A DNA stretch of 48,555 nt. Source: Octopus bimaculoides. Its lineage: Eukaryota. Within the stretch, counting starts at the first letter, position 1, and every line of letters begins with the position of its first letter. The position numbers and the translations under genes were made by a program. This document shows positions 1 through 12,083 of the stretch, piece after piece. The DNA lies in NCBI RefSeq assembly GCF_001194135.2, contig NC_068994.1:16537567-16586121 (forward strand), written 5' to 3'. The notes under the pieces were generated by a model, which was not told the origin of the DNA, ran no database searches, and saw nothing but the letters and a program-made list of their open reading frames with translations.

Positions 1-46
<46 letters not shown>
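1..46. repeat. (TAT)n microsatellite
   Basis: Perfect trinucleotide run directly abutting a SINE head. Confidence 0.98.
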
Positions 47-48
<2 letters not shown>

Positions 49-265
49 GGCGGCAAGCTGGCTGAATCGTTAGCATGCCGGGCAAAATGCTTAGCGGTAT
101 TTCTTCTGCTGCTACATTCTGAGTTCAAATCCAGCCAAGGTCAACTTTGCCTTTCGTCCTTTCAGGGCCAATAAATTAAGCACCAGTCAAGTACTGGGGT
201 TGATGTAGTTGACTATCCCCCTCCCCACAAATTCCAGGCCTTATGCCATTAATAGAAAGGTTTAT
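47..265 (+). mobile_element. tRNA-derived SINE, family A (aaggcggcgagctggcagaatcgttagc...)
   Basis: A-box-like head, B-box-like ttctgagttcaaat, conserved body ctttgcctttc(g/a)tcctttc..ggtcgataaa..aagtacc; many copies in the window. Resembles described octopus tRNA SINEs (OK/OR group); subfamily not assigned. Confidence 0.9.
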
Positions 266-384
266 TATAATTAATATGCATTATTATTATCATCATTACT
301 AATTCTTTAATTTCTCACCCATATACTTGCATACACACACACACACATGCAAATACAATGTGAGGAATACATTTCATGAGCATA

Positions 385-592
385 AATATTGATTTCAAAG
401 GTCAGTAATTTCATGGGAGAGAATAAAGTCAATTACATCAACCCCAGTGTTCAACTGGTACTTATTTTATCAACCTCGAAAGGATGAAAGGCAAAGTTGA
501 CCTTGACTAAATTAGAACTCAGAACATAAAGACACAAAGCGCCACTAAGCATTTTTCCAGGTATGCTAATGATTCTGTAGTTCACTGTCTTA
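385..592 (-). mobile_element. SINE family A, inverted relative to 47-265
   Basis: Reverse complement of family A body (ggtacttattttatcaacctcgaaaggatgaaaggcaaagttgacc...tagaactcagaac). Confidence 0.85.
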
Positions 593-762
593 ACATGAAC
601 ATAGATATTAATATGAATATAATGAATTTATAATATAATAATATATATACATATGTTATCAAATACTCGTGTGCATTTCTTCAGAGGGAGACAAGCTTTG
701 CAGAAATGTTTCATGAAGACACAGCTTGGATTTTAATTCCATCTATACTATATTTATATAGC

Positions 763-1112
763 ACCCATGCTGGTGGCACATAAAAAGCACCTTTCAAGTG
801 CTGGGCCTCACGGAGGCAATGACAAATGACCAAGACCTTTGGCAATATGCTGTACTTAAGAAGAAAGATCCATCAAGCCAAGTGAAATTGTAGTTGTGGC
901 AGATACTGGTATCATGCAACTGACGCCCATGCTGGTGGTATGTAAAAGCATCCATTACACTCTAAGAGTGGTTGGTGTTAGGAAGAGCATCCAGCTGTAG
1001 AAACCATGCCAAATCAGACTGGAGTCTGGTGTAACCCCTCAGCTTACCAGCCCTGATCAAACCATCCAACCCATGCCAGCATGGACAAACGGATGCCAAA
1101 TGATGATGATGA
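763..1112 (+). mobile_element. RTE-clade LINE 3' end (or RTE-tailed SINE)
   Basis: Encodes LGLTEAMTNDQDLWQYAVLKK (RTE ORF C-terminus) followed by 3' UTR gtggttggtgttaggaagagcatccagctgtagaaacc and a (TGA)n tail. Confidence 0.8.
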
Positions 1113-1126
1113 TATATATATATATA

Positions 1127-1530
1127 TCATTATCATCATCATTAGGGTCTGCTTTCCATGCTGGCATGGGTTGGACAGTTGACTGGAACTGATAAGCCAG
1201 AGAGTTGTACCGGGTTCCAGTTGGGTTTGGCTTAGTTTCTACGGCTGGATGCCCTTCCTAATGCCAACCTCTCCAAGAGTGTAGTGGGTACCTTTTAAGT
1301 GCCACCAGCAAGAGTGCTTTTTACGTATCACAGGCACAGGTATCTTTTATGTGTCACAGGCACAGGTGCCTTTTATGTGCCCCCAGCACCAGCCATGACT
1401 GTGATTTCACTTAGTTTGATGAGTTTTCTAAAGCACAGTAAATCATCAAAGGTCTCGATAATTTATCATTGCCTCCAAGAGACCCAACATTTGAAGATCA
1501 TGCTTCACCACCTTATCCCATGTCTTCCTG
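1127..1530 (-). mobile_element. Second RTE 3' end, tail-to-tail with 763-1112
   Basis: Reverse complement of the same 3' UTR (ccatgctggcatgggttgga...gtttctacggctggatgcccttcctaatgccaac) starting with (TCA)n; a further small + fragment lies near 1577-1620. Confidence 0.8.
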
Positions 1531-1659
1531 GGTCTACCTCTTCCATAGGTCCTTCCACAGTTAGAGATCATATACATAGGTGGTTGGCATTAGGAAGGAC
1601 ATCCAGCTATAAAAACCTCCTAAAATTATTCCTTAGTTTCAACTCCACATTATTTCTTA

Positions 1660-2214
1660 GGTTAACATGCAGTTTGGTGTCATAAAAAAATGAAAGTAAA
1701 TTGAGCTAAAAATGACAATAGTGGAATTTCATAAACACAGGCACCTAGTTATATAATATCTTCTAGTGATAGCATGAGCATTTCTGAAATACCAGCTGAG
1801 ATGCATTGCTGCTGTGCAGTACACCCAACAACAAACACTGCTGTGGAGCCACAGAAATGCGTTTGATATCCAATGGTTCAGTTTCTTATTTTAGTTTAGG
1901 CCACATGCATAGTTGTGAAGTATGCTTTAAATTTTGCTGATCCAATGATGAGGGCATTCATTCACTAACTGTTGAATGGTGGTGGATACTCATTAAGAAG
2001 AAATTCAGGTGACACTGCAGAATGAGAGATGCTTTATTAATATTATATCTGCATGAACATACATGACAGAGACTGTGAAAAAGTTATATGTACATTTTAG
2101 GCATTGTTTCCATGTTATATGAACATAATAAAATTAGGGGATTTCATTGGCATCACTTCAACTTTCTCTCACAGTTTACTTTTACTTTTTAAGGCACTAA
2201 ACTGCATGTTAACC
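1660..2214. mobile_element. Non-autonomous DNA transposon (MITE), Merlin-like termini
   Basis: TIRs ggttaacatgcagtttggtgtc / ggcactaaactgcatgttaacc; flanked by atttctta / atttcttg (8-bp TSD, 7/8). GG termini with an 8-bp TSD suggest Merlin/IS1016; the superfamily is an inference. Confidence 0.7.
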
Positions 2215-3165
2215 ATTTCTTGCGTTAAAGAGAATCAGATGAAATATTTTACATATAAACATCACTTTCACAGAAAGCAGTTTAACATAGAAACTATTAT
2301 TTTCTTTTTTTTAATAGAAGGCTATATCAGATAAACATTTTAGAGTTATAGACAATTTAATTGGAAGATTATATCGAATAAATATTTTGGAGTTCTAGAC
2401 ATTTAGAGATTTCCATTATTCGAATTGCAAGATATTAATGTATGGATTTATTTTATATGTAAAGAGATGCTATACCTGGTACTGGAAACAAGAATGAAAC
2501 ACAAGGAAGCCATTTTTACTTAGTAATTATCATTTAAAAGTGGCATTGTAATTAATAATAAAATTATCTCAAATAGAAACAAACAGCTAATTTTCAGGTG
2601 AATGGAAATATAATAATAAGAACAAAATGCCACATTTTATTTAAATATAATAAATAATATGAAAAGCTATTAAATATATGAACATATGAGAAGTTATTAA
2701 ACATTTAATAACTCATGACACATTACTGGTGAAGAATTACAATATATTTCACAGAATGGATATTATATATTTTATATAATGATACTAGGGTAAACATGCA
2801 GTTTAATGTCGTAAAAATGTGGAATATACTGCAAAGAAAATGAAGACAGCAAAATCCTAAATAATAGTTATATAATATCTTCTAGTGATAGCATGACAAT
2901 TTCTGAAACGACAACTGAGACATACCACTGCAACATAAGTATACCCAGCAATACTTGTGAGAAGCTACAGGGGACACGTTTGATATCCAATGAGTTAGTT
3001 TCCTATATTAGTTTAGGCCACTTCTGTAATTGTGAAGCTATGAACCAATTTTTAAAATTTTGTTGATCCAATGATGAGAACATCTATAAAAGACTATCAA
3101 AGGGCAATGGATGTTTACCAAGAAGAAACTCAGGTGACAATGCAGAACGAGTGGTGCTTTATTTG

Positions 3166-3450
3166 CAGTGTTTCTCAACCATTTTTTACCTTTAGACTCC
3201 GTTCGTTCTTATTTAACTCTGGGAACCCTTCCTCCACATTGCCATTTACTCTTTTACTTGTTTCAGTCATTTGACTGTGGCCATGCTGGAGCACCGCCTT
3301 TATAGTCGAGCAAATCAACCCCAGAGCGTATTCTTTGTAAGCCTAGTACTTATTCTATCGGTTTCTTTTGCTGAACCGCTAAGTTACGGGGACATAAACA
3401 CACCAGCATCGGTTGTCAAGCGATGCTGGGGGAGACAAACAGACACACAA

Positions 3451-3500
<50 letters not shown>

Positions 3501-3835
3501 GACGGGCTTCTTCCAGTTTCCGCCTATCAAATCCACTCACAAGGCTTTGGACAATCCGAGGCTATAGAAGACACTTGCCCAAGGTGCCACGCAGTGGGAC
3601 TGAACCTGGGACCATGTGGTTGGTAAGCAAGCTACTTACCACACAGCCACTCCTGCGCCTATACTGTTTAAAAAATCCTATTATATTTTTAAATATTATT
3701 AGGAATTGTATAAACAAAGTTGTTAAAATATTTTGTGTATTGTAGAAATATAACCAATATATTGAAGATAAATTTTAACAACAAAATTTCACATGAACCC
3801 CTAAGGGTCATATGGCCTCCGATTGATAACCACTG
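3166..3835. mobile_element. hAT (Charlie-like) MITE containing a SINE insertion
   Basis: TIRs cagtgtttctcaacc / gattgataaccactg; TSD not cleanly preserved. Confidence 0.7.
3245..3661 (-). mobile_element. tRNA-derived SINE, family B (full length, internal (CA)/(TA) microsatellite)
   Basis: Minus strand reads taggcgcaggagtggctgtgtggtaagtagcttgcttaccaaccacatggtcccaggttcagtcccactgcgtggcaccttgggcaag (tRNA head plus CORE-like ccttgggcaag) and ends ...aaatgactgaaacaagtaaaagagtaaa. Confidence 0.92.
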
Positions 3836-4036
3836 ATTTACATTGTATCAGTATGAGAAAATGTGGTGAAATAAGTTCAGAGACCATGAAAAAGATTTAT
3901 GTATGTTCTACACATCATTTTTATGTTGTATAAATATAATGAAACCAGGGACTTCACTGTCATCACTTTCAGTGTCTATTGTTTTTCTGCTGTCATGTTT
4001 TTAGGACACTAAATTGCATGTAAAACACGATACTTC

Positions 4037-4042
4037 ACACAC

Positions 4043-4121
<79 letters not shown>
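4037..4121. repeat. (CA)n microsatellite running into a gap
   Basis: Direct observation. Confidence 0.97.
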
Positions 4122-4398
4122 NNNNNNNNNNNNNNNNNNNNNNNNNNNNNNNNNNNNNNNNNNNNNNNNNNNNNNNNNNNNNNNNNNNNNNNNNNNNNNN
4201 NNNNNNNNNNNNNNNNNNNNNNNNNNNNNNNNNNNNNNNNNNNNNNNNNNNNNNNNNNNNNNNNNNNNNNNNNNNNNNNNNNNNNNNNNNNNNNNNNNNN
4301 NNNNNNNNNNNNNNNNNNNNNNNNNNNNNNNNNNNNNNNNNNNNNNNNNNNNNNNNNNNNNNNNNNNNNNNNNNNNNNNNNNNNNNNNNNNNNNNNNN

Positions 4399-4470
4399 TT
4401 CGAGCCTCCACTCTTCCACAGAAAGGAACACAGAAAGAAACAAGGAGAGAAAATAAAGAATGTCTAGTGG
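4399..4470 (-). mobile_element. Penelope-type short repeat fragment (degenerate hammerhead-like core), cut by a gap
   Basis: Minus strand ttctgtgttcctttCTGTGGAaGAGTggagGCTCGAA; same family as 5205-5370. Confidence 0.55.
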
Positions 4471-4529
4471 CTAGCGATCTATCATGGGGAAGCCAGACAG
4501 AAGGGTCACACAGGAGAGCTAGGAAGAAG

Positions 4530-4572
<43 letters not shown>

Positions 4573-5153
4573 GGAAAAAAATCATGTTTTCTTTAAGATA
4601 TCAAGTAAAACAATGAAACAGTAGTTCTTTGAAGTATTCTTGACTTTTTGCTTCTTTTCTGGAGTCAAAGTTTAGTTATTAAGCCTTATTTTCTACTTAC
4701 CAAACTATTAGCCCCCACGAGAACCATAAACCAAAACATCAGGTTCCTGCAATCTGAAACACAAGACAGGAAAAGAGTCAAGAGACATAAATAACATTGG
4801 TTAGCTGTCAGGACACATCACATGATCCAGAACATGATCAATGTGTGTTCGAAGGTGGCAACTGAAATATGTTAGGTTCAGTTCCCAATCTTGCTATAGA
4901 TACTTTTTAATGAAATTTTTTACCAAAACATTTCAGACAGTGTAGATTACAGGTATCATTTGTAGTGGAAATTTTGTTCTTTTTTGAGGAATTTTGGATA
5001 ATTCACACAAGTCTACTTTATTTCTTCATACTTTCAGAAAATTGAATATTTTAAAATTAAATTTTCTACAAATATCTTTCAGATTCTGTAAATGTGCAGA
5101 TATGCACACATACATACTGACACAAATTTTTTTCTAAATTTCAAGTTCTATTT

Positions 5154-5192
<39 letters not shown>

Positions 5193-5204
5193 GCCAGCCA
5201 CTAA

Positions 5205-5370
5205 ACCTTTTTCTATTTTCTCTCCCTGTTTATTTCTGTGTTCCTTTCTGTCGAAGAGCATAGGCTCGAAACATAAAAGACTTTCTCACTTACTGAGCAT
5301 TAAACTAATACATCTGTTTTTTTTTACATACCCGTCTTCGTCTTTTGTTTTTTTGTAAATTCTCACTATG
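5205..5370 (+). mobile_element. Penelope-type short repeat with hammerhead-like motif at 5244-5279
   Basis: cttt-CTGTCGA-a-GAGC-atag-GCTC-GAAAC-ATA-aaag: stem I and stem II pair; the core has A6>U. Flanked by (TA)n and (TG)n. Confidence 0.6.
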
Positions 5371-7350
5371 TGTGTGTGTGTCAATATGAACATGTGCATG
5401 CCCACCAATTTCTTCCTTTTTTGTTTACATTAAATTCTGATATAATCATAATCTACACCATCTGAAAAATATTTATAGGAAAATTCATTTAAACATACTC
5501 ATTTTTCTGAAAGTTATTAGGTAACAAAGTCAGCTCAAGTAAATCATCCAAAACTCCACTCCCCACCTGCCGAAAAACTTCTCACAAATTTCGATATAAT
5601 CAGAATGTACACAAACTGAAATGTATTTGTAGTGAATTGGGCAGAGTTTCGGATCAGGATGCCCACACAAGTTGGATTTTCTCCGTTTTGATGGGGATTT
5701 TTCCAATCTTTTTTCACCACATCCTTCGAAATGATGCGGGCATCTTTCTATGCAAAACCTTTTTGTAAATTTATGATTTTTTTTTTTTTTTNNNNNNNNN
5801 NNNNNNNNNNNNNNNNNNNNNNNNNNNNNNNNNNNNNNNNNNNNNNNNNNNNNNNNNNNNNNNNNNNNNNNNNNNNNNNNNNNNNNNNNNNNNNNNNNNN
5901 NNNNNNNNNNNNNNNNNNNNNNNNNNNNNNNNNNNNNNNNNNNNNNNNNNNNNNNNNNNNNNNNNNNNNNNNNNNNNNNNNNNNNNNNNNNNNNNNNNNN
6001 NNNNNNNNNNNNNNNNNNNNNNNNNNNNNNNNNNNNNNNNNNNNNNNNNNNNNNNNNNNNNNNNNNNNNNNNNNNNNNNNNNNNNNNNNNNNNNNNNNNN
6101 NNNNNNNNNNNNNNNNNNNNNNNNNNNNNNNNNNNNNNNNNNNNNNNNNNNNNNNNNNNNNNNNNNNNNNNNNNNNNNNNNNNNNNNNNNNNNNNNNNNN
6201 NNNNNNNNNNNNNNNNNNNNNNNNNNNNNNNNNNNNNNNNNNNNNNNNNNNNNNNNNNNNNNNNNNNNNNNNNNNNNNNNNNNNNNNNNNNNNNNNNNNN
6301 NNNNNNNNNNNNNNNNNNNNNNNNNNNNNNNNNNNNNNNNNNNNNNNNNNNNNNNNNNNNNNNNNNNNNNNNNNNNNNNNNNNNNNNNNNNNNNNNNNNN
6401 NNNNNNNNNNNNNNNNNNNNNNNNNNNNNNNNNNNNNNNNNNNNNNNNNNNNNNNNNNNNNNNNNNNNNNNNNNNNNNNNNNNNNNNNNNNNNNNNNNNN
6501 NNNNNNNNNNNNNNNNNNNNNNNNNNNNNNNNNNNNNNNNNNNNNNNNNNNNNNNNNNNNNNNNNNNNNNNNNNNNNNNNNNNNNNNNNNNNNNNNNNNN
6601 NNNNNNNNNNNNNNNNNNNNNNNNNNNNNNNNNNAAAATTCTGAAAAAAGTTTAAAATGAAGAAATTAGGGGGTGGGATTTCAAAATGCCGATTTTTGCC
6701 AATTTTTTTGTAGATTCGTATTCTCCATAGCCGAAAACGTGGGTTTGTTAGGAGAAAAAAAAATTTAATTTAAAAAAGGGCGTTTGGGGGGGGGGTACAA
6801 AAGGAAGTCTTGCCTAAGATGGTTTTTGGCCCACAAGGAGCTCATCTGTCTTTCGACAGGTATTGTTTTTAGTCCTGCCGTGTGTCCAGACACTCTCCTC
6901 ACAAGAATCGCAAGCTATTCAAATAGGGAGTGAGGTAGCTGGTTTAATCGCCGACCACTCGACCATGGAATAGGTAGTACTGGTTTGAATAGTACCAATA
7001 GCAGGTTACATCAGTCTGTGATGAGATCCTTGACCTGACTAGCAACACTATATGGGATATCTAAAACAGACACTATCGCTAAGGATGGAGTGTCGTTGAT
7101 GTACAGGGTGCAGCAGAAAGGTTAATAAAAAAAGAAACACATGAGGATACAAGACAAAAACGATGCTCTCCACTCCAGGCCATGGTGTCGATTACAGAAA
7201 AAAAAACAGAAAAAAATGGCATTTAATGAACTTCATAGAAGTACAAAGTTTTTTGGCCCACAGTGTTGATATAATTGACTAAAGCCCTCTACCTAAAAAA
7301 AATTTCTGGCATCAAGTCAAAATGTGAAACCATTTATGTGTTAAGCAACA

Positions 7351-7568
7351 AAGGCACCGAGCTGGCAGAATCGTTAGAGCATCGGGGAAAAAAAGTTTTA
7401 GACACTTTACATTCTGGGCTTTAAATGGCGCCGAATTCAACTTTGTCTTTCGTCTTTTCGGGGTCGATAAAATAAAGTACCAATGTAGCACCGGAGTCGA
7501 TGTTATTGACTTAAACCCTGTTCTCTTAAAACTGCTAACCTTGTGTCTAAATCTGAAAACCATTATTA
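7351..7568 (+). mobile_element. SINE family A
   Basis: aaggcaccgagctggcagaatcgttagagc...cttttcggggtcgataaaataaagtacc... Confidence 0.88.
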
Positions 7569-8504
7569 GTTAACAATAGTTGAATAGAAACAGCAAATAA
7601 CAAAATGATAGCCGAATGCTTTTGAAGGTAAATAGTAACGTGAAGACTTCAATAAATACATCGTTAGTCATCCTCGGCAAGATTTGAACCCAAAATTAAT
7701 TTTTTATACATGAAATCTCAGCTGTTAATGACAAGAAATGCATAATTTTCTTTTCGATGCACTTTAATGTCAGTTTACTTTTCGTGAGGGTATGCTTGGA
7801 ACGACTACAAAATCTCATTGTCTCTTCATACGAACACGGTGGGTGGTAGGTTGTGTGCATTGTATTCAGATTTAATGAATTGTAGCCACAAGTTGTAAAA
7901 TGAGGGGTATTCAAACGATATGAATAAAAAATGTTCTGCTGTTGCTTTAGGGTGATTGCATTATGTCTGAATTTGTTTGTTCATATATATATGTGTGTGC
8001 GTGGAACCTTGGTAAATGTATAGACTGGTAGATAGATAGCTGGGACAGATGAACAAAGTTTTTCAGATAATATTAGGCGTTAAAATATTATGTTTTAGCC
8101 TAAAAGCATTTAGCTTGGATCTGTCAAATATCTGTGTCATAAGTGTATCCTACCTAATTCTGTATGCAGACCTAAGATGATGTTTCAATCGTTTTGAAGT
8201 CGTCTGCTATGTGGGAGGGCTTCAAACGACAAAAGGATTTAGATTGTGTCAATAAAGACAAGATAATAAATATTTAGATTGTTTCACTGAAGTAAACAAT
8301 AAACATACTCAGGATTTCGTTGTTTTATTTTTTTATTTTTAATAAATAAATACATGCAAATGTCACCTCTAAAGGTAGAGCCTTTAACCAGTTTATAAAA
8401 GGATATATAATTTAACATTTTACCCGTTGCATTTTAAAAGGGAAATATATATTATTCTGATGAAACCATAAAAAAAATAATTGAAGTTTACTTTTTACCG
8501 ACAG

Positions 8505-8601
8505 CAGGTTCAAAAAGAGCGAGAAACTGCCATTTTGTTACTGACATTTTCAAACTACTTTTGACTAAGAATAGTTATAGAACCAACAGAACTAGTTAAA
8601 G
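8505..8601 (+). other. Candidate non-coding 5' exon of the chitin-binding gene
   Basis: Perfect donor AAG|gtaagt at 8602; possible acceptor ctttttaccgacag|cag (NAGNAG); no ATG inside; not recognisably repetitive. Splice-signal evidence only. Confidence 0.35.
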
Positions 8602-9406
8602 GTAAGTAAATATGATTTTGAATGACGCCATTGAAATTTGGGAGCTTTTCTTTAGAGTTTCTAATGATTTTTTTTAAAGATAAATTCCAACATTTTTTTT
8701 CTCACTGTTAAATACGAGATATGATATGGTTAGAGATGTTAAGATATTTTCTTTATTTTGAAGAGTTCTGTGTTTTCATTAAAATACAATACACGTTTAC
8801 CTCTTATAAAATTTATGCGCAAACTTGACGCTTCTTCGTTTCAAGGGTACCATGAAAGTAAAAGTAATTTACCTTGTCAACTTTAGATATTTTCTAGACA
8901 GAGAAAGAATTTTTTTTTCCTTTGCAAATGTTTGNNNNNNNNNNNNNNNNNNNNNNNNNNNNNNNNNNNNNNNNNNNNNNNNNNNNNNNNNNNNNNNNNN
9001 NNNNNNNNNNNNNNNNNNNNNNNNNNNNNNNNNNNNNNNNNNNNNNNNNNNNNNNNNNNNNNNNNNNNNNNNNNNNNNNNNNNNNNNNNNNNNNNNNNNN
9101 NNNNNNNNNNNNNNNNNNNNNNNNNNNNNNNNNNNNNNNNNNNNNNNNNNNNNNNNNNNNNNNNNNNNNNNNNNNNNNNNNNNNNNNNNNNNNNNNNNNN
9201 NNNNNNNNNNNNNNNNNNNNNNNNNNNNNNNNNNNNNNNNNNNNNNNNNNNNNNNNNNNNNNNNNNNNNNNNNNNNNNNNNNNNNNNNNNNNNNNNNNNN
9301 NNNNNNNNNNNNNNNNNNNNNNNNNNNNNNNNNNNNNNNNNNNNNNNNNNNNNNNNNNNNNNNNNNNNNNNAATATAACAGAAATATTTGGCAAATCCAA
9401 CTTTAA

Positions 9407-9546
9407 TAATTCTTTCTAATTTTGACACAAGGCCAGTAATTTTCATAGTAAGGGGAAGTCGATTACATTGACCCCCAGTGCTTAACTGGTACTTATTTTA
9501 TCGACCTCGAAAGGATAACAAGCAAAGTCGAAGTCGGCAGAATTTG
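9407..9546 (-). mobile_element. SINE family A, 3' portion
   Basis: ttttgacacaaggccagtaatttt...ggtacttattttatcgacctcgaaagga. Confidence 0.85.
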
Positions 9547-10139
9547 GTAAATCCAAGTCTAACAACGTTGCACTGGATGCTCCACAGTTCTTCACTGGAA
9601 TTCCATTGTCCATTATTTCACTTTCGTCTCTTAAAAGCTTCATTTTTTTTTTTTTATGAAAAGCATGTCCACTTTTTAGCTTAGAAAAACATCTTACTTT
9701 CGATAAGGTAAAATACTTTCACTTGCATGAAAACGAAGAATCGTCGCAAACTGCTTTTGATTCTTGGTTAAAGCCATTTACTGCATTTACATTGCTTATG
9801 TCCCGAACAAAGACTAACAACATCGCAACACTATAACTTCTCTTCTAGAAATATAGAGCCGTGCGTCTGCTCACACAAAAATCAATAGTATTTTCAAAGA
9901 TAAAGGAGTAACTACTCAGCAAATCGAATCTGCAACTTGATTTGAAATCATTATTGAAATATATTTGTATTTATGCCGATAATGCCCGCAGAAAAATAGC
10001 TTCTATATCACATATACCCTCCTATATAAATATGTTGTCTTGTACTCAAGCTTTCATCGTTATAATTAATGAAGCAGTTTTTTTTCGTACTCGTGGTATG
10101 ACATAGGACAAAAATACCTTACAATATTTGTTCTGGCTT

Positions 10140-10645
10140 GCTGCTAGGTCGACTTTGCCTTTCAACCTTTCGGGCTCAATAAAATAACTACTAGTTGAAC
10201 ACTGGAATCAATGTGATCGACCTGCCCCTTCCTCCAAAATTGCTGGCCCTGTGCCAAAATTTGAAACTAATATTTGTTGTGGCTAAGGCGGCGAGCTGGT
10301 TGAATCGCTAGCACGCTGGGGAAAATGCTTAGCGGTATTTCATCGTCCGTCTTTACGTTCTGAGTTCAAATTCTGCCAAGATCGACATTACCTTTCATCT
10401 TTCGGGGTCGATAAAATAAGTACCAATCAAGTACAGGGTCGATGTAACCGACTTACTCACTTGCCCGAAATTACTGGCCTTGTGCCAAAATGTGAAACCA
10501 ATGTTTGTTCTGGATCTTATTTCTCTGGTTTCAAATACTACTGGAGTCAACTTTGCCTTTCGTCCTTTTAGAGTCAATAAAATAATGGACGGTTGATTGA
10601 CAAAGTTGTTAGAGCATCGAACGAGATGCCTTGCAATATATTTTC
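10140..10645 (+). mobile_element. Cluster of SINE family A copies (one full copy at 10285-10505 plus three fragments) in tandem
   Basis: Repeated ctttgcctttc...aataaaataa bodies and tails cttgtgccaaaat(t/g)tgaaac. Confidence 0.85.
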
Positions 10646-11826
10646 CGATACTTGGGTGGAAGACATATCCATCGACTAATTTAACACCATCACCTGCTCC
10701 TTTGATGTTCAGCTGATTTCATTTTGTTGAAGGCATTTGGGTCACATTCTTGTTTGAGGATAACTACTCCCTCTAATCTGAGTGTCCCTATAAAAAGAAG
10801 TCATGGACACCATCCATCCTCTTCTTGAGTAAACAGTAAAAAAATGTAGTGGGAATGACTAAGTGCTGGACTACTGTATTTGATGGCACGTAAGACGTAC
10901 CTTTTTTCCCAAAAAAGTCTCTCAAAAAAATCACCCCGGGTCCTATATGCGAAGATGGTCCTCCCCTAAGCTTTAATGGACTAAAAACCTTTTTTTTTTT
11001 TCTTAATATGCGTTGCTGTAACTGGGATACATCTAATATGGCCGTAAGTCTTTTATCCAACCAAATACAGTAAATGCCTTATAGTCTTTAATTAAGAACG
11101 TTCTGAGCTCATATAACATTAGGGTTAACCCCTCTAAGACTGTGTATTGAAGTAGTTTAAATCGACTTGAGTCTCAGCTGCCCCTTCCTCCTCCTCCAAT
11201 GTGTGACCTAAGCTTTAATTCACGGTTTTTGTCGAACAAATCATTTTTTTTCTTAGTTGGTTCAATTCGATTCTGTTCAATTTGTGGCCCGATTAAACAC
11301 CACCACCAGCCCATGGATGTCTTCAATACAGTAGTCTTCATTTTCATACAGTAATTCGGCACAGGCAACCGGACCAAGAATGACTTCCTCTCATCTTCCC
11401 AATCTCTTTCGAAAGCCCTCAAAACGATCGTGGGCGTTGCACTAAACCTTGTGTTTATCATTGAAAAGAAAACGTACATCAAGATCCAAATATAATTTAT
11501 TACATAAATCCTCGCCTACTAATCCACGCATCTAAACAGTGGCACACTGCAGAGAATGGTAAATAAAATATAAAGAATATATCAAAATATACGAGAATTA
11601 AAAGGAAAACTCAAGCGCAAAGTTATGAATTTAGTTGAAATTGTATAGTTAATTATATCGACGTCGGAAAGCTGAAAAGAAAAGTTGCTCATGATAGGAT
11701 TAAAATGTAAAGGACTGTAACTGGATACCGCATAGCAACAACGACAACGGTTTTTACTGGTACTCCGTCGGTTACGACGGCGAGGATTCCAGTTGATTCG
11801 ATCAACCAAAGAGCCGACTCAAGTAG

Positions 11827-12036
11827 AAAAAAAAATAGTGTACTAGGTGTAAAACGAATATGTAGTAAACGAATACGAAGGGGAAAAAATTTCGCCGACG
11901 AACGGGGAAGTGATGAGAAGACTCGGAACATTCCCAATGTGAATTTTCCGAGTCCTCCCCCCCCCCCGTTCGCCAGCGCGCATTTTTTTTCATATTCGTT
12001 TACTTTGTTTTACACCTATTGCACTATTTTTTTTTT
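11827..12036. repeat. About 210-bp imperfect palindrome (foldback)
   Basis: Arms aaaaaaaaatagtgtactaggtgtaaaac...agtaaacgaata / tattcgtttact...gttttacacctattgcactattttttttt; inner cgaacgggg/ccccgttcg and gactcggaa/ttccgagtc; centre near 11932. Confidence 0.85.
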
Positions 12037-12083
12037 ATTTTTGCTCCGGTCAAACACGAGTTTAACCGATTTTTTTTCTTTTC

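Larger units (their letters stand above)
2789..4028. mobile_element. Second, diverged copy of the same MITE, interrupted by a hAT MITE and a SINE
   Basis: Left TIR ggtaaacatgcagtttaatgtc, right ggacactaaattgcatgtaaaac; internal blocks shared with 1660-2214 (e.g. tagttatataatatcttctagtgatagcatga); homology resumes after 3835; flanks gatactag / gatacttc. Confidence 0.7.

Noticed and set aside
2886-2993. 108-nt open segment with AG/GT boundaries resembling an exon
   Set aside because: It lies inside a MITE; the paralogous copy at about 1766-1873 has a stop, and the peptide has no recognisable features.
1945-3080. ATGATGA (box C) motifs in both MITE copies, and GTGATGA...CTGA at about 7018-7044, as C/D snoRNAs
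   Set aside because: No box D at a suitable distance in the first two; only about 20 nt between boxes in the third; no terminal stem.
10650-11480. Weak resemblance of minus-strand translations to Helitron helicase or hAT motifs
   Set aside because: No diagnostic motif could be read convincingly; left unassigned.
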